From contig NC_086102.1 in the NCBI RefSeq assembly GCF_963921235.1, forward strand, positions 161,634,001-161,698,000: 64,000 nt of DNA. Reading direction: 5' to 3'. Positions 50,051-60,829 of this stretch are shown here, in pieces (the stretch's first letter is position 1; the number at the start of each line of letters is the position of its first letter). The translations under genes were made by a program, and so were the position numbers. This stretch comes from Mobula hypostoma (lineage: Eukaryota). The notes beneath the pieces were generated by a model that searched no databases, had not been told where the DNA came from, and was given only the letters and a program-made list of their open reading frames with translations.

Positions 50051-53000
50051 TATTAACATCAATATGTTTTTTTTAAAAAAAAGTTACACTAAAAAGGAAA
50101 CAAATAATATGAATTAGGAAATTTATTCAAATTATGGACCACCACTGACTTTTTTTTTTTAAAAACTGCACAAAAAAGATTATTAGAAAAGTCAGTACTC
50201 CATTGTTTCCCATCCTCTACTCAAATCACCTAACTAAGTGGAAATTAAGAGCTCAAACATTTATCCATGACTGGATTGGCATGACATATTACCATCCTAT
50301 CTTCAAGTTCCAAATATCTATCAATAAAGATATCATGCTTTAATTTATTGGTTTATCAGCATTAGCACATTTGACTGTCATGACAGCAGGAGTACACCCA
50401 AGTTTCATAATATTAAATCATCTGTTTAGCAATTAATCGCAAAAATTAGGTCCTGATGGGAGTGAAGTTTTGCATATTACTACAACTTAAATTTCATTCT
50501 GGATCAATTTATATTCAGTTTATTTTTTTTATATAAGAGTTATCATAGAGAAAAAGCAGAAAATGGCACAAACAAAAATCTATTTCCCACAATGAACCAG
50601 ACATGAAAATCCTAAAGGATATCCTGACAGTACAAGTCAGAATAGGTTCTTTCCCCATAGGTATTTACATTCACTGCAATTAAAATTCACATCTTATACA
50701 TTGACATTATGAATCAATCATGCTGAAATGGTTATATATTACCTAATTAGGACCATTTTCAACATTTACTCTAAGATACAAACAATTATGAAGTTTTCTT
50801 TAAGTGGGTGAATGCATTTTTAAACTATTATAGTTAATTACTGAAAAGCAAAATTCCAAAAGTGAGTTTTATTTCATTGTAATTTTAACAGTGTAAAACA
50901 TCACTAATAAAACTTAGTGCTACATATTTATCACACAAATAAATCAGTTTTCTTCCTTCTCTGTCAGCTTTAATTCTTGCTGCTGAGCTGTGTTCAATTC
51001 TTATATTTATCCAAGGACCCTTTTTAATTGTATACAAGCCATGACATTAACAGCTCTCTCTCTCTCTCGTACACATATTTTGTATGTATGGGAGTTGACT
51101 GGAATATAAAAAATACAGTAGAGCTTGATTCTGTCTTCATAGACATTTGCTAACAGGGTGGCAAGGTTGATAACAGTTAGTAATTAAAATTCTCACTTGA
51201 TTTCCTCTCCTATAACCCAAGGTACCAATTTCATAATTGGTGCTTCAGCTGAGATCAGGTAAATCACAAACTGAAGTCTTTGATGCATTATTCAACTTTA
51301 ATGAAAAAACTCAATTATTGGCAAAACTGTAAAGACATGAATTTTAAGCATAAATGCCTGAACAGATAGTTTTGTAAAGGAACAGGATGATAAAAAGCTG
51401 TCCATTTTACAAGTTTTGCATGCAAATTCTTAATATTCACAGCATTTAATATTTACAAAAAATGGTGGCCTGGTTAATAACTTTATATTAACATTTGTCA
51501 CTAAGCTGTATCATTATTCACTAGTAAGCTGAAGTTTTTACATGCCTAATACTCTTCAAACTTTAACAGCTGGTTTATGGAACCAAGTTTGCCGATCTCC
51601 TGGACTAGAACCATGGGTTTCTGGAGATTAAAGTGCTGTACCCCACACACCTCTGAGTCATGACAAGGATATTCTGTATTCCAGAAGTGCTAACACATCC
51701 GGTGTAGTTTTTGCAAACTGCTCACAATACTCTCATGACATGCTGTCCATTACCAAAAAAATACACATTAAGACTTCAAAATAATGTTTTTCATGTAAAG
51801 CAATGTGGGAGAGTGGAGTCTATCTAAAATACTGAAATGCTGTTTGTTTAATGTGTGGTAAAAGAAGAATTAAATACACTACCATTGTTTCCACTAAATT
51901 TGCTAGAGCAATTTAATTCAATCCTTCTTTGTAATCATATTGCTTATATTGGAAGAAATGGATGTGCAGAGCAAACTACATTAGCAGCATATCCAACATA
52001 TAAATAAAAGCCAACAAAATCAGAATAGAGATTTCAACTGTTGATTGGTATTGAATTACTATGCAAATTATTTACACATTCTTGAGAAAAGTTGACCAAA
52101 GTATCCTCTCAGGGTCATATTCAATTTTAAATGCACCAAGTCCAGATAACACTTTTGTCAGAATATTGTAAATTGTAACTTTTCCATTATTTCTGATCTC
52201 CGCTCAAATATGGCACAAGTGATAAAGATACAAGAGCTTCGAAATCTCTAATGACACAACCAGTTAAATTTCTGCTAATAAAACTAAAAACAACTGGGAA
52301 ATAACACTTTTGTTTTCCATCTTGGCCAAATAAATGATTATAAAGTCTAAACTCAAATGAAAATCTCTTCTCTTTACTTCAGTTGCAGATGATCATATTA
52401 TAAAAGTATCTTATTTCTACAGTTTCCCAGTTACAGTTTTTGTTACTGGATCTTATTTCATTAATCTATTTTTATTGGATATAAAATACACCTGCTTCAT
52501 TGCCTTCAGAAATGAAATAGATGGTATCTACTCATTTCTCTTTCAAAGGTAATGCAGAGCACAATAGTTTTAACTTTATGCTTCAGAAACTGTTTCTACA
52601 CATACGAGTTCTGGTATAACCAGTACTAATTGGCTGCTACTAGAAAAGATGAAGCACAATCCAACCCTCATCCTCAATCAGTATTCAGCACTCATGTATA
52701 TAACAGATTTCATTCATCATGTACAAACTACAAAGTCAAAGAAAAGGTGTAAACAGAAACATCAAACTGTGATTCCTCTAGAATGTTAATTCTAAGGATA
52801 CACAGGTGCATACAATGAATTTGTACAGCCCCAGGGATTGACTGCTCCTCAAATCCCTCCTGCCCACAGTCTGCGCTATTTACTTTTCCACTCAAGCTTC
52901 ACAGTTGCTATTAACTCTTAATGGCACGTTGCTCCTTATGGCAAAGTTTTGAATCAGATGATTACCGATCCTCAATGGATTTATTACACAATACTGTAGA

Positions 53001-53163
53001 AAATACAGTCGTAGTTTATGGAAAATATATCATAGAAATAAGGTTAGGTAAGCTTGTCAAGTTTTCTGATTTGATGCAGTATCATAAAGTGCAGAGAAAG
53101 CCATTTAATTAGGAAATCATGTCCCTTTGTTGCAATATTATAAATCCATTTTAATTCGTATTT

Positions 53164-53300
53164 TCAACTTGAAAGTGCAACAAATTGACTTTCTGTCTCT
53201 GTTTTATTTCTTGAGATTGCAGCATTTTCTTCCGGAATGGTCACTGGAGGGAATTCACCATTTGCAGTCAATAAAGAGTTGCGAGACATTTGAGTAATCT
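53164..53300 (-). CDS. PLEKHA3: PLEKHA3 last coding exon
   Basis: ...ANGEFPPVTIPEENAA...FVALSS*; TGA at 53166-53164. Confidence 0.85.
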
Positions 53301-53449
53301 CTGTAAGAGTTAAAACAATTAATTCACAATAATCGGGTCAATATACTTATGTCCGAAAACTAAGCGTCAGCCCATACTCATTAAAAATGTCAACTCAATA
53401 TTTAAATCTTGTTCTACACAGAGCTATGATAAATGTGCTGCAGATCGAA

Positions 53450-53730
53450 GATCACAGAAACAGGCCCTTTGGACCGCTGAGTTTACATCAATTCTCCAAC
53501 ACCCATTAATACTAATTCCCACATTCCGATCAACTTACTCCCCATCCCTATTCCAGACAATTTTCCAGCACTAGTTTAATCCAACAACCTATACATTTCT
53601 GGAATATGGAAGGTTACCAGAACACCTAGAGGAAACCCACACAGTTGCAGTGAGAACATCTGAACCCTAGAGAGAAAACCCAGAGGATGCAAATGAATTC
53701 ACATCACTAGAGCTGCCAGTCAGGAGCACT
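53450..53730 (-). mobile_element. Decayed V-SINE-like element
   Basis: Reverse complement reads ATGTTCTCACTG..GTGTGGGTTTCCTCTAGGTGTTCTGG, resembling the V-SINE central domain. Confidence 0.5.
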
Positions 53731-53886
53731 GTAAGATATCACAACTATACATAGGGCTTCACAATGGCATACAATAGTAATCATAGACATAATCTGAACT
53801 CTCAGTTGCCCAATCAACAATCTGGTCAGTGCCATTTCTACTGTTGGATCGTTGCTCCATTATAAAGCTCACAAGTCAATTGATAT

Positions 53887-54631
53887 CGTCATAAAAAGTC
53901 ATTCCTGCCTGTGGCCATCAAACTTTACAATTCCTCCCTTGGAGGGTCAGACATTCTGAGCCGATAGGCTGGTCCTGGACTTATTTCATAATTTACATAT
54001 TACTATTTAACTATTTATGGCTCTATTACTATTTATTATTTATGGTGCAACTGTAACCAAAACCAATTTCCCCCGGGATCAATAAAGTATGACTATGACC
54101 GGACAATGCTGAGAATGTTCTATGAGTCTGTGGTGGCCAGTGCGATCATGTTTGCTGTTGTGTGCTGGGGCAGTAGGCTGAGGGTAGCAGACACCAACAG
54201 AATCAATAAACTCATTCGTAAGGCCAGTGATGTTGTGGGGATGGAACTGGTCTCTCTGACGGTGGTGTCTGAAAAGAGGATGCTGTCCAAGTTGCTTGCC
54301 ATCTTGGTCAATGTCTCCCATCCACTACATAATGTACTGGTTGGGCACAGGAGTACATTCAGCCAGAGACTCATTCCATCGAGATGCAACACAGAGCGTC
54401 ATAGGAAGTCATTCCTGCCTGTGGTCATCAAACTTTACAACTCCTCCCTTGGAGGGTCAGACACCCTGAGCCAGTAGGCTGGTCCTGGACTTATTTCCTG
54501 GCATAATTTACATATTACTATTTAACTATTTATGGTTTTATTACTATTTATTATTTATGGTGCAACTGTAACGAAAACCAATTTCCCCCAGGATCAATAA
54601 AGTATGACAATGGCTATATGACTATGACTAT
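53887..54631 (+). mobile_element. Two head-to-tail Rex1/Babar 3' fragments
   Basis: ~53887-54098 and 54099-54631 both end in AATAAAG + TATGAC repeats; both similar to 48607-49123. Confidence 0.88.
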
Positions 54632-54870
54632 AATTAACTTCAATGATGAAACATATCCCAATTCAGGTCATAAAAGAAAAATAAAACAAAATTGAACATC
54701 AAAACAAGGAACTTTGTGGCAGTGTGGGTCACTTAAAAGCCTGGAATAAAACTACAGTTTACCCAAGGCCTCAATTTCCTTATTAATTTAAACAATTTTA
54801 TATTAAAAATTACATTAAATTGATTATTGAAAACACATGATTATTCAGAAGGATCTAATTCAATGCTTAC

Positions 54871-54995
54871 TTTCTGGATCATCCAGAGCACTGTCACTGT
54901 ACGATTCCGTATCTGAATAAGTCCGTATTCTCCTGTGTACATCAGGACGTGATGCTGCAATTGTAGTTTCCTTTTGGTAATTCGTGTCCAGTTTC
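54871..54995 (-). CDS. PLEKHA3: PLEKHA3 exon 7
   Basis: ...RRIRTYSDTESYSDSALDDPE; tandem acceptor tag|cag|; donor gtaagc. Confidence 0.88.
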
Positions 54996-55823
54996 CTGCT
55001 AAAGGTGAAACGTGAACTTAACTCAAACTCTGACCATGAAGTCATGTATAAATCAAGATGCAAGGTACTGAAAAGGTAATGCTCTGGTGACGTAATCGCA
55101 AAACCCAAACCACAACTACAGTAAGATGATGTGTTAGAACTTAGCAATTAATTTTATAGCAATTTTGTTCATGCAATAACAGAGACCATACTGATAAAAA
55201 TATTAAGTTAGATCATGGTTCCCAATGATTTTTATGCCACTGACGAATACTATTAAGCAAGGGGTCGATAGACCACAGGTTGTCAACCACTGAGTTGATA
55301 AATTCTGCATACCCTTTTTCTAGATATACCAGCTACCCATGTGCCCGCACCAGAAAAAATTTAGTATCTGCCACTGTCTCCAACAATCATATTCTTGACC
55401 TTCTTTCTAATTCACCCCAACAAATCCTTGAGGTAAATATTCACAGTCCTGCAAACCTACCACTGCTGGATCCCAAGGCATCATCTTGCATATCTCCAGA
55501 GCAACATGAACCTCTGGGCAGGTAATGTAATCTCATCAGTAAACAATGGCATGGGTTGTACAACATGGAAACAGGCCACTAGGCTTAACCACTCATCCTT
55601 CATTTGTCCTCCACAGAAACCTCTTTCAGTCTTTCCTCATCCAAATTTGTTAGCTAAATTCTCTTTTCTAACCTTAATTGTACGTTTGACCAGTCTCCCC
55701 ATGATTACAAATGCACCATCTGTTTCAACCATTCCCTGCAATAACAAGTTCCACATTTTGGGCAATTAATAACGCCAAATATAATTTACGTTTATAACCA
55801 ACAACAGAAGTCCTTTCCCTTAC

Positions 55824-55867
55824 CCATCATAAAGTATAGTACCAGGATGACTAATTGATCGTTTCAT
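55824..55867 (-). CDS. PLEKHA3: PLEKHA3 exon 6 (MKRSISHPGTILYDG)
   Basis: ttgcag|ATG ... GG|gtaagg; 44 bp. Confidence 0.9.
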
Positions 55868-56063
55868 CTGCAATATTGAAAAAGAAGTTACCAACTTGAA
55901 AAGCATCTAAATTAAACTAAAATTACTGTTCAATTTATATCAAATGTAATTCACCAAAAAGAAAATTAAAGAAAATTAAAAATTACACAAGAAAGACAGC
56001 AGAAATAACATAGAAACATTGGTAACTCTATATTTGTTCCTCTTAATAGAACCATACCCGAAC

Positions 56064-56228
56064 CATCTGAACTGGTGAAGGTGATACAGGAGAGACCAGT
56101 GGATCAGAGTGAGAAAACTGGAACATTTCAGGCTTAAACTTGGCATTGGCTATTTTCATGCACTCTTCAAGAGTTGTAATGAAGGTATTACATGTGGCAC
56201 TGAGTAAAGATGAGGCTTCATTCATGTT
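56064..56228 (-). CDS. PLEKHA3: PLEKHA3 exon 5
   Basis: [23 protein letters not shown]...PVSPSPVQM; donor position ambiguous by 6 nt. Confidence 0.9.
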
Positions 56229-56831
56229 CTGAGAAACAAAAATGTTATTTTTTCACTTTATAAGTGTATACAGCAAGTTATACATACATAATTGCGATTA
56301 GATTACCCAAATAATAACCAGCAAAAAGAACTATTCCTTTATACAACTTACAGGCTTCAAACTAGTACATTGACAATTATGAAGCTATATTTTATTTTAT
56401 TTGGGAAAATAAATGCAGAGATCAATTACCTAAAAAAGATCCCTTGATCATCTAAATAGTAGACTACACAATTTACAAAGTTAATACAGCTATAGCAAGA
56501 CTTTCAGCAATCAAAGGATTTATAAAGACAGAAACGATGTTATAACCCAAGATTAGATTTGATGGATAAAGAAAGGAATATAGGTTCAAGGTGAATACAT
56601 AGAACAGGAAGTTTTTCTTGGGTGGAGGGCAAATAGTCTGTTTCAATGCAAAATTTTAATGCATTTTTCTAAACCGCTAAGACAAACTAGTTAAAGCAAA
56701 GAAATCTTGCAGACTGAACACAAACATTATAATTTGTTTTTCAGATCTTCTTCGGATACTAACTATAATTAATTACACAAAAAAAAACACAAAATTGGAT
56801 CAGGTCATTACAATATATTCTGATACTATAC

Positions 56832-56968
56832 CTCAGCCGTTGGCATCAAACCTGGTTGACCCTGTTTACCAGACTCTTGTATTGTATGAACTTGCTGCAT
56901 TAGTAAGTCACAATACAACCGAAGCTCTGACATCTTCGTTTTGAGAGATTCATTAGTTTCACTGATTT
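56832..56968 (-). CDS. PLEKHA3: PLEKHA3 exon 4
   Basis: [32 protein letters not shown]... Confidence 0.94.
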
Positions 56969-57471
56969 CTGGGGGTGTCAAACAACAATACACAATTTAA
57001 ACATTAATAGATTAACATTTCATATTTAATCATCAAAATCCATCCACATACAGCTTGAGCAGGAAGTAACAGTTAGAATAGTTTTAGGACCAACACCAAA
57101 ATTAGTCTGACAATTTAATTATCATTTGCAACCCAAATTCAGTTTATAAAATTTATTATTTTCAGTTCAGTGCAACTTGTACATTTTACTATTGTGAACA
57201 AGACATTATGATAGTTATATTTACTTTTTTGATCAGCATATTTAATGGATTATACAGCCATTAGTTTGTTGACTTGATTAACATTTGCCGATCAACAGAT
57301 ACCCAAGTATCTCAGATTTGCAAAATAAAATTAAGTAATGAAAGACAAGGACAATTATGAATGACATCAGATAACAAGGAAAATTTCAGTTAGGTCTTAT
57401 ATAAAAGTTTGTCAAAAATAGAGGCAGGTAACTTTCAATCTCCTTTATGTCCTGTTTGTATTTAGTGTTAC

Positions 57472-57627
57472 CTTTTTCCTTTTTAGTCCTCGTATCTGCA
57501 AGACATGCCTTTGAACTCCCTAGTGCCACCAACCACCTCTGCCGTTCAGCAGCATTGACGGATTTCACATAGAAATGTTGTTCTCCAGGAATAATCAGTT
57601 CCATTCTTGTGTTATCTGTTGGATGTA
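57472..57627 (-). CDS. PLEKHA3: PLEKHA3 exon 3
   Basis: [52 protein letters not shown]. Confidence 0.95.
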
Positions 57628-57951
57628 CTGGTTTTAAAGAAAAACAAGTAATAAAGTGATCCTATAGCAAAGTGCAACTATTTAAAATAAGTTCTTTTGG
57701 AAAGTTTATAATCACAAAAATGCCAGTTGTCTAAATTTTAAGGAAGTTAACATTACAAGTTTTTGAACTTTGAGAAAATAAAATAAATGCCTGGATATCC
57801 TAACCTAAAATCTAAACAAATATCTTAATCAAATCTAATTTAGTTTGATGTCAACAGTATTTTCTTTACAGAATACAAAAAGAAATCTGTGTCAAATTAA
57901 TTCCATGTATAACTAATTTCATTTGAGTTAGGAAGAATGTTTGCTACTTGC

Positions 57952-58068
57952 CTTTAATTTCACAAACAGACATTTTGATACTCCCTTTGCTACCTTTGTT
58001 AACATCATCCTGGGAATCATAATAAGAAAGTATTCCATTATCTAGAATGAACCAACGAGGCTGCCAAC
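57952..58068 (-). CDS. PLEKHA3: PLEKHA3 exon 2 ([38 protein letters not shown])
   Basis: AG acceptor; non-canonical donor AAG|GCAAGT. Confidence 0.93.
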
Positions 58069-58129
58069 CTAAGGAAGAGAAAAACAATTGAAAGGTAAAA
58101 TTACTAGTGATTCTTTGAAGCACTGAGTT

Positions 58130-58830
58130 TCACAGGACAGGCACCGAGATCAGGTATAGGGGAGAGAAAGCCAGCATACAGAAGTCAGCAAGAGAAAGAC
58201 TGGCAGATGAAAGGTGGGACCAGATTAGGTGTGGGCAGATGGAGCCAGGTAGGAGGGGTAGGGGGTGTGATAAAGGTAGAAAAGGATGAGGGGTGGGGGT
58301 TGAACAGAATGGTACAAGAAGAGAGGAGGAGGAAAGACGAACCAAGGGAGAAGAAATACACTTGGAAAGAAGGTAATGGATTCTGCTAATGAGGTAGGAA
58401 TGGTGAAGGCTGAATAAAGGGAAAGAGAACACGAGTTGTCTGATAAAAAGGGATCAAGCAACACAGTGGGAGAGTTCCTCAAAATTGCAAAATCCAGTTT
58501 TCATAACAGCTTGGGTTGTAGGCTACCTAAGCAGTACATAAAGTGTTGTTCTTCTAATTCACATTTGGTCTCACCTTGCCAGAGGTCAGCAGGATAGGAG
58601 TGGGAAAGGGAGCTGAAATGAAGCTCAAGGCAGCCATTGTCATGCCAGTGTAGAGGAGGCCACACATGTGCAATAGACCAGGTTGGAGAAGTTGCACATG
58701 AATCTCTGCGTCACTTTTATGGACTGTTCGGGTTCCTCCATGGTCATGAGAGGTGAGAAGAGGCAGATCGCAGGGAAAAGTATCAAGAGGGAGGGAAGAA
58801 AGAAATAACGGACTATGGACTCCCACTATA
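58130..58830 (-). mobile_element. Decayed Penelope-like element (GIY-YIG remnant)
   Basis: Minus strand near 58640-58685 gives LVYC...CGLLYTG across a frameshift, resembling the PLE GIY-YIG endonuclease, followed by a pyrimidine-rich tract. Confidence 0.5.
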
Positions 58831-59199
58831 ATTGGCAGAAATAGTTAAGAGAATGCATAGACTAATGGGGTGAAAGCTGAGGAGCATAGGAACAAGATCT
58901 CCGTTCTAGGGAACGGTTATTGAAAACTGGCACCCAAGAAATTGAGTGTGAGTGTGTGAGAGAGAGATTTGCAGCAAGAAACAGACAAACTGAGAGAAAA
59001 CAAATGGGATCCTTAACTTAAGACAGGGTGAGAGGAAGTGTAATCGAGGTAAATGTTAGTTTATAGCAGAAACCGGCAGTTATATTATCGCCTGAGCTAA
59101 AGACCAAGAGATCCAGAAAAAGAAAAGTCACAAATAGTCCATTTGTGGTCCCCGGAATACAGCTCTGACCATGTCCTGGTTATCTACCCTATCGCCCTT

Positions 59200-59839
59200 T
59201 ACAGGGCCCGGTGAGGCGGCAGAGGGGCGAGGAGGCTGGGTGCTCGGCCGGGCTGCCGTTGACAGGTATGCGGGGCGAGCGGGCCGGGACCTCGCTCACC
59301 CGTCAGGTAATTGGTCCACTTGTACAGGATCCCTTCCATCTTCACATCTTACGGTTCCGCCTCACTTCACCGCGAGCTCAGCGGACATCGGGAGGCTCAC
59401 CCGGGCCTGCGACCTCGCTCTCGTTGCTGCGACAGCGGCCCCATCCACGAATCCCCCGCTCAGCAGCATCGCATCCTCGGAAAGCCTCCGGCGGCTGCCT
59501 CGGCTACGGGTTACGGGCTCCGAGCGCCCGGCTCCCACCTCTCACCTCCGCACCGGAAGTCCCTTCCGCAGCAACGGCGGACGCAGCCGTGACGTGACGA
59601 GACCAGACGGCTACTGCCGGAGCTTTTCTCGTGAGATCTCGGGTTTAGGGCGGGCGGGGTAGAAACTCAAGGGGCGGTGACAAACTAGTTAATTGACAGG
59701 CGCGTCCTCCAATAGAAAGGGCGCTGTTTGCCATGGTGATGTGCGGTCACGTGGAACTGTGATACGTGGCAGTCCGGAGCGTTAGTCAGAGCGGGGTCCC
59801 TGTAGGAATCAAAGTTTAGCAGCGCCAACAACATCCACC
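59200..59839. promoter_or_regulatory. CpG island / bidirectional promoter of PLEKHA3 and FKBP7
   Basis: Sharp rise in GC and CpG; divergent ATGs ~500 bp apart; ETS CCGGAAGT (59553), TGACGTGA (59590), GC boxes (59648-59677), CCAAT (59709), CACGTG (59748). Confidence 0.85.
59300..59339 (-). CDS. PLEKHA3: PLEKHA3 exon 1 ([14 protein letters not shown])
   Basis: ATG at 59339-59337; donor G|GTGAGC. Confidence 0.95.
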
Positions 59840-60036
59840 ATGAACCGTCCGGGCGTTTTATTCTTCTGCCTGCTGGCTTCTTCTGCTCTCTTAAATCACA
59901 TTGACGCGTTCCGAGAAGAAGTGAAGATCGAAGTTTTGTACAAGCCACAGTTCTGCCAACGGAGGAGCAAACGGGGAGACGCGCTGAATGCACATTGCGA
60001 TGGTTACCTGGTGGACGGGACGAAGTTTTACTGCAG
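59840..60036 (+). CDS. FKBP7: FKBP7 exon 1 (signal peptide + start of FKBP PPIase domain)
   Basis: MNRPGVLFFCLLASSALL...EEVKIEVLYKPQFCQRRSKRGDALNAHCDGYLVDGTKFYC; donor AG|GTAAAC; head-to-head with PLEKHA3 as in human. Confidence 0.9.
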
Positions 60037-60174
60037 GTAAACTTATCTGAGCTTTAAAACATTTTGGTTGGTGGTACAGTAGTGTAGTGGCTATTTATTT
60101 ATTTATATTTGCTTTTGCATACTTTGTCTTCTGTACTCTGATTTTTTTAATTGATCCCGTTATAATTATTATTC

Positions 60175-60345
60175 GTGAACGCAGCAGGCCAGGCAGCATC
60201 TCTAGGAAGAGGTACAGTCGACGTTTCAGGCCGAGACCCTTCGTCAGGACCTCTTCCTAGAGATGCTGCCTGACCTGCGTTCACCAGCAACTTTGATGTG
60301 TGGTGCTTGAATTTCCAGCATCTGCAGAATTCCTGTTGTTTGCAT
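60175..60345 (-). mobile_element. Penelope terminal-repeat-like short element with inverted repeat and hammerhead ribozyme motif
   Basis: Inverted arms 60175-60212 / 60250-60284 enclose minus-strand CTGACGA...GAAACGTC. Confidence 0.7.
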
Positions 60346-60829
60346 AATTATTATTTTATAAGTTTGCGTATGCCTACAGGAAAATGAAGCTTAGGCCTCT
60401 ATATAGCGGCATATATGTACCTTGATAATAAATTTATTTTGAACTTTTCAATTCTGACGCTGCGCTCTCTGGACCAGGACTCTCCCACTATTGTAAACGT
60501 CCCCCTGCATGGAGGCCTTTTAACTTTCCGTAGGCTTCAGTGATGGAGCGGTACGTCAAAGAAGCAGGCCCTTCTGACCGTCTAGTCCGTGACAAACTCT
60601 TAATTCGCCTAGTCCCATCGACCCGCACCTGAACCATACTCTTAAATGTTGATTTTGATTTGCTTTCTTTCTTTTCAAATCTTTTTATTGTTGTATTATA
60701 CAGGAAGAATAACATGAGTACATTGAAGTAACAACACGTACAATGTCTCAAAAAAGACATTATCTTAAAGATAATTTTTTTGATTTGCTTTCTGTTAAAG
60801 GCCAGTCATTAAAAAAAAATCACTAAGCA

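Larger units (their letters stand above)
53164..59339 (-). other. PLEKHA3: PLEKHA3 (FAPP1) gene, 8 coding exons, ~306 aa
   Basis: Exons 40+117+156+137+165+44+125+137 = 921 nt in frame; PH domain [20 protein letters not shown]... Confidence 0.96.

Noticed and set aside
55470-55540. Minus-strand MRLHYLPRGSCCSG as PLEKHA3 exon 6
   Set aside because: No acceptor AG; a better 44-bp exon with proper splice sites lies at 55824-55867.
59171-59993. GC-rich ORFs across the promoter
   Set aside because: Stop-poor CpG-island artefacts overlapping 5'UTRs.
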